Shown here: positions 1 to 9,850 of the stretch, piece after piece | How positions within the stretch are numbered: position 1 is the stretch's first letter | How the letters are laid out: each line of letters begins with the position of its first letter | DNA from: Conidiobolus incongruus B7586 | Lineage: Eukaryota | DNA: 32,621 nt | Assembly (NCBI GenBank): GCA_000697335.1 | Contig: JNEM01010366.1 | Span: 1 to 32,621 of the forward strand | Direction of reading: 5' to 3' | The notes under the pieces: model-generated | Told to the model about the DNA's origin: nothing | The model's input: only the letters and a program-made list of their open reading frames with translations | Databases searched by the model: none | Made by a program: the position numbers and the translations under genes

Positions 1-1617
1 AAACTATATATTTTTTATATATTATCTATATATTATTTTTTCTGAAACTAATAATATATTTGAAAAATCAGAAATTAAAAAATTTCCCATTTTTTTTAGT
101 TCTCAGGTAATAACTTTGATATTTTATGAATCCTTTGAATTAAGCTTATATATCTAATGGTATTTTTAATCAATATTTTTATATTTCCCAAAATATATAT
201 TCCCATAATTAAGAATGGAAGCATATATATTGTATCAAGTGATATAAATGAATAAACTTTTAGTCGAAATAACTATGAATTATCAAATATTTGTTATATA
301 AACTGAATAAGAACATGAATGTATATGTAATATCTATTCAATTTAGTTTTCTAAATTTGTATTTGAAATTTTAATAATTTGTTTCTGATACAATGCTACC
401 CTCTTGGAATTTAAAAAATATATAATATTTTTATCTTTAATATTATATTTAATATTAGTTTTTTTAAAGTTTATGATTCTATATCAATTAAACTGCAATT
501 TGGTAATAATTACGTTTGTTCACCAAATAACCCAGAGCTTTAAAATAAATGGCCTTAAATCATAAAATAATAATATTAGAATATTATATAATTAATACAA
601 TTATAATTTATGAACAAGTTTTCTTCTTAATATGACTTACTATTAATCAATATAGATTATAATTTATATTTCTTATTGTGAGATAGATAAAAAATTAATG
701 TATAACATTATTCAAACTATATCTAGTATAATAAGTATATTAATTGAATATTATAAACATCAATAACAACAGTATCAGTACCACGATAATCAAAGTACTA
801 ATATTTGATCATATTTATTGATAGAATATTCTCATTTTGAGGATTAAAATGATTTTAATTTGAATTTTTGAATAATTTTTAATAATTTTCAGTTTTATTA
901 AATTTTTACACATATAGATTACAAAACTAATTAATCCGATTAATTTGATTAATAAAAAAAGCAAGTGAATATTTTCATCATACGTTTATTTAACTTATTA
1001 CAATGATTAAATTGAATTATATATATATGCCCAATCTAAATATACTGAATGATTTTTTCTATCTAATAAGATTATCAACAAATTATAAAAAATCTATTTA
1101 AAAATCAATTTTTAGTGGAGTGACCCTACTTATCAGCTATCAATTAAATAAATATTACCATATTAAAAAAAGTATAATATTTCATATTTTCCACAATATA
1201 TTAACATTTGATAAAAAGGATTAAATATATTTTATTTTAATTAATTTATATCTATACAATTATTGTGATATATATAGTTGAATCCTTCAAAGTAATCAAA
1301 TTTCAAGAGAGATTTTAAATATCAAAAAAACAATATAAGTTTTAATTATGATATATTATCAATTTGCCAACTGGTTAAGGTTCATTTTACATGCTAGGTA
1401 TATATTAATCAAGTTTATAGGATGGAGTGATGATTTTGATTACTCATAATATTCATTGTGTTGGGTTACTAAAAAGGCTTAGTTTGTCTCAGTGATCTAT
1501 CAAATCCTAATAGCAATTCAATTGTAGAGTTAATAACTTGACACAATAAATGAACAAACTTAAACTCATTAAAGATCAATCAATTTATACTATATTATGA
1601 TATTTTAAATATATTCT

Positions 1618-1638
1618 TATATATATATATATATATAT
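1618..1638. repeat. (TA)n microsatellite
   Basis: About 10 perfect TA units. Confidence 0.8.
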
Positions 1639-2196
1639 GTGATTAAATAAAACTTAAATTAAATATTAATTTTAAAATTCATTAAATGATATTAAGAATT
1701 TTATATTGGTACAATTATCCCAAAAAGAAATTTTTATAAATATGAGAATATTTTATTGGATATTGGATATAATCCTAGTAATAACTAAAAGTCCTATTAG
1801 TTTAAATATATTTTTGTCTAAAAATTAAGCAAGATGGAATAAAATAAAATCTCAAATAGCTCATTCTTTGTTTCCTAGGTACGATTATCCGAACTACACA
1901 AATTGAATTTGCAATGATAAATCAATATGAACAACTTTACAAACTGTTGATGGGATAGATTTTCCGAAGTTCGGGTGGGAGTTTTGATTATTATTTGAAT
2001 TCAAGGGTACAAATCACTTATAAATTCGGATTTTAGTGACTGATAGATATATCAAAGTATTGATATTTAAAGAAGTCAACTCTACTAATAATCACCTCAT
2101 AACAGAATAGCTTTGTAAAAAATACTTTCTGTTTAATCTATATCTTTAATTCTGTAATTTTATTTATTTAACTTATTGAATATCTTGGTTCATATC

Positions 2197-2985
2197 ATGA
2201 CAACTGTTGCCAGTCCTCAAGATCTATTATTTAGCAGCTGGTTCCCTACTTTTGACCACTGGAAAACACCTATTGTCACTGGTCTTGTTTATCTTATTGC
2301 CACCTCTATTTGGAATCAATACAATCGCCAGTATGCTTCCAAAGCTAAACCTACCGCTCTTTTCAAATTCTTTGTTTCTATTCACAATTTAGGGCTATTC
2401 GCTTACTCCTTCATCACCTTTATCAAAGTTGCACCCGTGATTTACCAAAACTTTACTACCAGGCCTTTTTTGGAAGCTTATTGTGATGCTGGTCAACAAG
2501 TCTGGAACTCCACCCTTTACTACTGGACATGGCTCTTCTACTTAAGTAAGTACTATGAAATTATTGACACTCTGATCATTTTGCTCAAGGGCAACACTAC
2601 CTCACTCCTTCAAACTTACCACCATGCCGGTGCTATCTTCACCATGTGGTGCGGTTTCCATACTCATGCCTTCCCCATTTGGATCTTCGTCACTTTCAAC
2701 TCCTTCATTCACTCTCTCATGTATTTATACTACTTCTTGACTACTATCAGCATTCGTCCCCCTGGTAAGAAATACTTAACCTACCTTCAAATCACTCAAT
2801 TCTTAGTCGGAGGTTCCATTGCTCTCTCCTACGCTGTCACTCAATCCTGTGAACGAACTACTGGTCAACATTTGGCTCAAGTCGCTAACTGTATTTACTT
2901 GGTACCTTTAACCTATCTTTTCGCCCAATTCGCCATCCAATCTTACCACAGAAAAACTGCTTCCAAAGCTAAAAAGTCATCTTAG
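2197..2985 (+). CDS. ELO/GNS1-SUR4 family fatty acid elongase (intronless, 262 aa), variant QxxHH histidine box
   Basis: First in-frame ATG is at 2197 (the ORF track starts at an upstream TTG). Motifs FYLSKYYEIIDT, LLQTYHHAGA, NSFIHSLMYLYY and KKYLTYLQITQF, several hydrophobic segments, C-terminal KKSS dilysine ER signal. Confidence 0.93.
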   Translation: MTTVASPQDLLFSSWFPTFDHWKTPIVTGLVYLIATSIWNQYNRQYASKAKPTALFKFFVSIHNLGLFAYSFITFIKVAPVIYQNFTTRPFLEAYCDAGQQVWNSTLYYWTWLFYLSKYYEIIDTLIILLKGNTTSLLQTYHHAGAIFTMWCGFHTHAFPIWIFVTFNSFIHSLMYLYYFLTTISIRPPGKKYLTYLQITQFLVGGSIALSYAVTQSCERTTGQHLAQVANCIYLVPLTYLFAQFAIQSYHRKTASKAKKSS

Positions 2986-4373
2986 TTAACTTTGGTGAAT
3001 TATTTTATTTGATAATTTAAATCAAATTTTATCATTTTTATTTAAAAATATTAATAATACTAATCATTTTGTAAACTAAATAATTTTAATTTGTTTTAAT
3101 TAATTAATAGTAATTTAATCAATTTCAATATATTTATTATTAGTGAATAGATAGTGATATATAATATTATTATATCTTGTAAATTTTAAATTTGAATAAA
3201 ATTATTTTATATGAAATTTTAAATAATATATAATGTTTATAATAGAAAATAATTTGACTATATTAAGTTTTGCCAATATTTTAAATTATTACACAAATTT
3301 ATTCATTAATTTTTTTAAAAATTATTTTATATAATATATTTGTACCTTTTTTCAACTTTAAACATTGATTAATAGTTTTGTAATAATTTATTATGAGTTT
3401 GTTGATAATAATCTTGATTAACTATACTTATAATAAGTATTGATTACAACAAATTAAAATAGTTTATTGGTGGCTTGAAATATAAAAAATTATTAATTTA
3501 CAAGCTAAAGTTGATTAATACATTATTTTGATTGATATCATTGAATATGATTTAAAATTGAATAGATTATATTGAATATATTAATTATAATTAAAATTAG
3601 TTTATCCAATAAATAAGAGCGTATGTTTTTTTGAATGAATAGTAGTCATTATGAAAAAACATAATTTAAACTTGAAATTGCTCTCTTAATAATTATCATT
3701 TTTTAGCTTGATATATTATAGAGAATAGGAAATATTGATCAGGTATGTTCCCAATGATTTATTCCGACTCACAAACCATTTAAATTTTAAGTTCACTTAA
3801 TATTTAAACAATCGATCACCTGATTGGATATCAGGACAAGTGCAAATTACAAGTCAACCAAGAACAAAATATCAAGCTTAAGAAATCAATTTTTTAACTC
3901 AATTTGTATAAAATACCTTTAATCTTTCTGATTCATAGTGGATAAAAAGTGAATAAAATTTTCTCATAATATAACTATTTTATTCATATTAAAAAAAATT
4001 TTTTTATTTAACAATTTTACTTTCCATATTTAGCAAATTGAATTAAAATTTATTTTAATTTACAAATCAACTAAAATGTGGTTTTAATCATGATAAAAAT
4101 CTATTTTTTTAACCAGAAAATAAGATAATCACAAATTAATATACAAATATTAAAATCTTTTTTATACTATGTATAAAATATTCTCTATTATAATTATTTA
4201 TAAATATTATAAGATTATAATAATATTTTATTTATCACATTAAATTCAATAATAAAAATTTAATAATAATAATAATAAGTATTAATAGTAATTTAAAAAT
4301 TATTTTTAATTAATTTTATTTTGAAATTAATATTAATTTTTTTTAATATTATTATATTAGTATAATTGAAAAT

Positions 4374-5351
4374 TTAAGATCTCTTTGCTTTAGGAACTGA
4401 TTTTTTGGTATATGATTTGATGAAGAATTGGATGAATAATACCAAGTATGAAGTTAATAAACCACAGCTGAATAAGGATGCAAAAACTGTAGTTGAACAA
4501 TCTCCAAAATTGGGAAGATGGGGGTAGAAGTTAAAAGCGAAAAAGCTGTAAGTTCCAGAGAATACAACGATTAAATCGAGTACAAATTGAGTAATTTGCA
4601 TAACTGTAATGTACTTCTTCCACCATACACGAACGTTTAAGGTAGTGAGGAAATAATAATAATACATGAATACGTGAACTAACAAATTTAGGGTAACAAC
4701 AACCCAAGTCTAAATTGAATGAATTAATTAATCAGTATTAAGTGAAATATAGATTAATTGAAATGCTTACAGCTGAAGTTCTGGCAGTAATATTAATATA
4801 ACATAATGCAGCTGTCATACTATGATGATACCAGTGTAAAAATTCTAAATAATAATAATAATAATATGATTAAATCTTTAGAAAATTCTGTGCCTTAATG
4901 AGTTAAACTTACGTAAATCTTTCTTTTTCATAACTAAGAAAAAGGTATCAATAAATTCATAGTACTTGGTCAAATAATTGAGATAGTAGTAGAGATCCAT
5001 TTTGGGTGTATAGGCCTGAGCTGAGCATAAAGTATTCAAGGGACCAATATTACGATTGATATAGTACAACTCTTCAAGGAATAAAGCAAGGATCAAGCCT
5101 GATACAAAGGTCAGGAATACGTTATGAAGTTGGAATAAGAATTTGAACTGAATAGGTTTGTAATTCTTCATCAGTTTCTGGCCTCCAAAGATCACCACCA
5201 AATAGCCTACACATAGGGCGAAAACTTGTTCAGGGTTGGATAGAAACGTTTCCCCTTGCCTGTAGACGAATTCGTTAGCGGAGACACCGAAGATAGCTTG
5301 ATAAAAGCGATCAAATAGGTTGAAGATGGGATAAGCAGGAGTTGAACTCAT
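4374..5351 (-). CDS. ELO/GNS1-SUR4 family fatty acid elongase (yeast Elo1/2/3-like, 3 exons, 282 aa)
   Basis: Exons 5351-4913, 4844-4771, 4709-4374; introns 4912-4845 (GTAAGT..TAG) and 4770-4710 (GTAAGC..TAG) keep the frame. Spliced protein has YLTKYYEFIDT, FLHWYHH, NLLVHVFMYYYY, WWKKYITVMQITQF and a C-terminal KAKRS (KxKxx). Confidence 0.93.
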
Positions 5352-6077
5352 TATCTATATGATTAATTACAGGATGATGATAGTATTTACTTTATTTTTA
5401 AATTGGGTAGAATACAGTTAAGATGCAGACAATGAATAATTATAGTTAGTTATTACTTTTGATTCAATGTAAAAGAATGAATCGACTTGGATATATCTAT
5501 TTAAACTAAAATCTCATTCAAAAAGTGGCTTGATTCTTCATTTGATAAATATGAGGGTAATTACTATTGTTTCATAAAAAATATTCATCACTCATAAATT
5601 CACTTAACCCATTTTCCCCCTTAATTATTAATTCTCATTGATTTTCTCATAAATTCAAGATATTTAATCCAATCATTTTCGAATAAATTATTATTATGAA
5701 TACGATATCATAAATCAGATAATATACCTTAATTACTTTAACAAATATAATATAATATAATATTATATTATTTATTAATTTATTTTATATTATAATTTCA
5801 ATTAATGAATATACAGGGGGATAGCAATAATTTTAATATTAAAATAAAGGAGACTTTAAAATAATTTAAAAGGTGAATTTCTAGAAACCTGATAAAAAAG
5901 AAAATTAAAATTTTTTTTTTTAAATTCACTTGCAAAAAATCACAAGTGGACTGTTTAACCATATCTTAAACCAATTATCTAACATTCCTCAACTATCCAT
6001 TATTTACTTTATCATTTGAATTATAATCATTTCATTTTTAATTTTTTAAAAGTATATATATATATATATACTTCTAC

Positions 6078-6098
6078 AATAATAATAATAATAATAAT
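6078..6098. repeat. (AAT)7 microsatellite
   Basis: Seven perfect AAT units, just after a short (TA)n run at ~6053-6070. Confidence 0.75.
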
Positions 6099-8003
6099 AG
6101 CAATATAAATGATATAATCAATTATTTGTTGGATTTTAAATTTGATTCTAAATTTAGTAAATTAATTTTATATTATTTTAATTTATAGTCTTAAGTATTT
6201 TTAATTTATTTAGCCAATTAAAAATTAAATTAAATTAGGTTAAATGGTATGATTTATTTAATAAATATATATATATTAAAATTTTAATATTTTATTTTTA
6301 ATAGTAAAAAAATTAATATATAAGAATATTCTTAATTAGTTTAATTTTTATAATTTTGACTAAGTTTTAAAAAATTAAAATTATTTCTAAGTTAATTTAT
6401 TAACTCAAAAATATATTAAAATTTTAAAAATATATATATATATAGGATAAAATTTGTATAATAAAAAACTTGACATTATGTAATGTTGATTCTCTATATA
6501 TAGGTTAAATATATATTAAATATCTAATTTAAGATTATCATTAACCGCATCAATTCAGATTATTTGTACCGTAATTAACTTATATATAAAGTAAATTTAA
6601 AATTAAAGGTATTATCTGAAGTAATATAATACATCAGAACAAAAACTATAATCCAAATAAATATATATTTTTCAATATTAATATCTCTCAAATAACCAAT
6701 TTGATATAGAACACTAAGTATCAAAATTCAGATATGACCTTGCTATCTGATATCACTTGAATATTAAAGTATCGGGATCCTTGCAGAGAAATATCGGGTT
6801 ATGATATAATAGTTTAATATATCCATTATAATAGGAATTTAATATAAAATCAGATACGTTCTTTAATATAGTAATTTAGTATTGATGTTTAATGTATATA
6901 ACTATTCATTTTAATTCGTTAATTTATTGGATAAATCTAACTAATATATAGATTTAAATCATTATTTTATATTAATAAGATGTCTTGTTGGTGAATTCAC
7001 ATACAAGCTATTTTATTTAAAAACAAAACTTTCAAAACTTCGAAATTAAAATTTATTGTTAATTTATTATAATAATTGTGAAAATTATCACATGTTTTCT
7101 TGAATACTATATAAAACTTGATATCAGTAATACTGGATCATATTATGAATATCTTGTTTTGAATTATATTTGAAAAAAATAACTACTTGAGTTATAATAA
7201 CAAATATAGTTTTAGAAATAATATTCATGTGATTATGCAAATTTTTAAAATTATGTTCATACAACAAAGAATAAGAATTCTTTTTCTAATTTATATTATT
7301 ATTCCAATATAGTTTATAGGCTATATACATAAAAGATACATTATATATTTAATTATATCAATAAAATTATAATTATTTTACTAAAAATTTTATTTAATTT
7401 TTTTTAAATTTAAAATAAGTTATTCACCCAAATATACACAAAGTAATCAAAAATTATTACTTGATTCAAATTTGAATTATTTTAAATTTTGAATTAAAAA
7501 AAAATTTAACATCAATAATAGTCAATAATGAGAATATTATTTATAATCTTATAATAAATTATCTATCAAATTAACATTTTTAAAATTATTTGAATGATAA
7601 TAATTGATAAATTCGGAGATATTTGTAAAATTTTCTAATTTAAAACTAAAATTTCGGTAATTTTGAATGTAAATTAAAATTATGATTTCATCTAATAGAG
7701 ATCAAATCTTAATCGAATAATATCATAACAATAAATATAAAAATAATTATTAAATAAAATAATAATAATAATATTGTTTTATAAACTTCAATATATTTTA
7801 TTCATTAATATATGTAGTAAATTTTATAATAAAATATATATAAATTAAATAGAATAATAATAATAATAATAAAATATTAATAAAATTTGAAAACACAAAT
7901 TAAATTTTTAAAGTATATGTTTAATAATATTTTCAATTTTAAAATTAAGGTTACTACTCTATAATAATACATTAATATTTTTAATTATTATTGTTACTGA
8001 TGA

Positions 8004-8360
8004 CCATAATTGTGGGAGGAGATAGACTTTTAAAGCTTAAACGGGGAATTGCCAGTGTTAAACGATAGATTACCACAGAGTTAGGGGAAATTAATGGGGT
8101 TCACGAAATGAGGTGAAAATGGTTTACTGCAAATAAAATAAATATCCCATGCTTGTTACAACACAATATTTTTGTGAGGGTTAGGAGAAAAACTTAGAGA
8201 CTGGATACTTTTGAGATGAAGATAAAAGAGATGTGTTTATTAGGTCGTTCGTGATAATCTTATATTAGAGTTCAGGAAATGGGTGCTCTCCAATGTGGCT
8301 TCTCGATTCAGTGTGGTAATCGCAGTTTCTTGAGTGATTGACAAGATTATCTCCTATTAT
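8004..8360 (+). ncRNA. Putative structured non-coding RNA of unknown family (long 5'/3' rod with internal hairpins)
   Basis: GC-enriched island without a long ORF. Nested complementary pairs: 8017-8025/8347-8355, 8043-8052/8322-8331, 8068-8077/8312-8321 (perfect 10 bp), 8078-8087/8299-8309, 8095-8099/8288-8292. Most non-Watson-Crick positions within these helices are G-U on the + strand. Internal UUCG-capped hairpin at 8230-8266. Confidence 0.55.
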
Positions 8361-9850
8361 TACTAACTATGAAAAAAATAAATGATTCATGTTATTTATA
8401 TAAAAAATGAAAAAAAAATTCTGATTTAACTTGGTATTTTTAAATAGGCAAAGTTTTAGAATGAAATATTTATTAATTTATGTTGATTACAATGAATAAT
8501 GTTATAAATTATATATAATTGTATTCTAAAAATCTGTATTTATAAGTTATTTTTAAATTTATTGTAGAGACATCATTTAAGTAGCTTATATTTACTTCAA
8601 TTCATAATATTCTAGATTATATAATAACATAATCCTAAACAAGTCAGATAGATTATCAAATGGTATTTTTTATAGTATATTATTTATAAATCTGTAAGAA
8701 TGATATAATAATGAATAATTAAATATATGTGTTCAACTTTAGTGTCTTTAATACTATCAAAAAGGATATTTATATTTGATCACAGTATTTCACTGAAAAC
8801 TCATTTAACATTTAGTTGAATGATGGTTTTCAAGATATGATCATACAAATTGTATATATTCTGATCAATAATGAAATGATTTTTGAGTATAATATAAAAA
8901 TCCTTACACTATTTTATTAGTTTTAAACTATTAAAAATTGTTATAATTTCAATTTGATAATTAATTTTTTCAAATCTGAATTATATCAAAATTTAACTAA
9001 TTATTTTTATTAATTTGAAAATAATAATCACAATATTAGTCGAATAAAAATGGCTTATTTGTAAAGTGCGACTGATTGTCTGGTTTCTTACCTTTTCAAA
9101 TATTTGATGCATTAGGCCAAGTTTGCCAAATTGGAAATTAATTACTTAATTTAATATTCTAATATTTCGATAATTTGAAATATAATACAAAAATATAATA
9201 TATTTTAATTATTATGAAACTGATTGATTTTAAATCATTGTTTAAAATATTTTATTTGATTTATTTTTGAGTATAAGATTGAATTTGCTTGATTATAAAA
9301 ATACTGAATATTGATATTTCAACTTAAGAATGCTGATACCGTTTGAATCTAAACTATTAAAAACTTGATAAATGAAATATTCAAAAATGTAGTAATAACT
9401 TGCTAAAATGGGGAATATCATATAATGCCAACATCTTAGCTCTAGTTTCAATGTGGCGATCTATATCTAAAAGAAGTCACGATAAAATTAAACTGAAATC
9501 CAATTGATCCAATTGAATACAAACTCAGTAACGGTTCATAATTACATGAATCGGAAGCTTTGCATCAAATATATCCCTCACTATTCGGACTAGATTCTTC
9601 CTAGTTTGATGATAGTGAAGTTCAATTTCAGAGTATTAGCTAAAATTCATTTAAATACTTTGGAATACCTTTGACAGAAGGGTGATTCATCTTTGGTTTG
9701 GCAATTTTTACATATTTTCAAAAGAATCTGGATTTTATCAACTATTAATCATATTCACCCATTGTTGATTATATCTTTTCTATTGATCTAGTTGTTTGAG
9801 TCCATTGGTTGTATAGATAATCGCTTGGATATATACATATATCTGTCATC

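Noticed and set aside
3745..3780. AAACCAT plus a TATTCC/ATGTTCCCA word resembling the snR30/U17 m2 and m1 motifs
   Set aside because: No ACA box at the expected distance after AAACCAT and no enclosing hairpin of the right geometry.
7997..8020. CTGATGA followed by the hairpin CCAT-AATT-GTGG, resembling a hammerhead ribozyme core or a snoRNA box C
   Set aside because: The stem is followed by GAGG rather than GAAA, no stems I/III with an NUH site can be built, and no suitably placed box D with a terminal stem was found.
8035..8215. Group I intron-like words (AACGGGGAATTGC, AGAGACTGGA)
   Set aside because: No complementary P7 partner (YAGTC/S element) downstream and no host gene.
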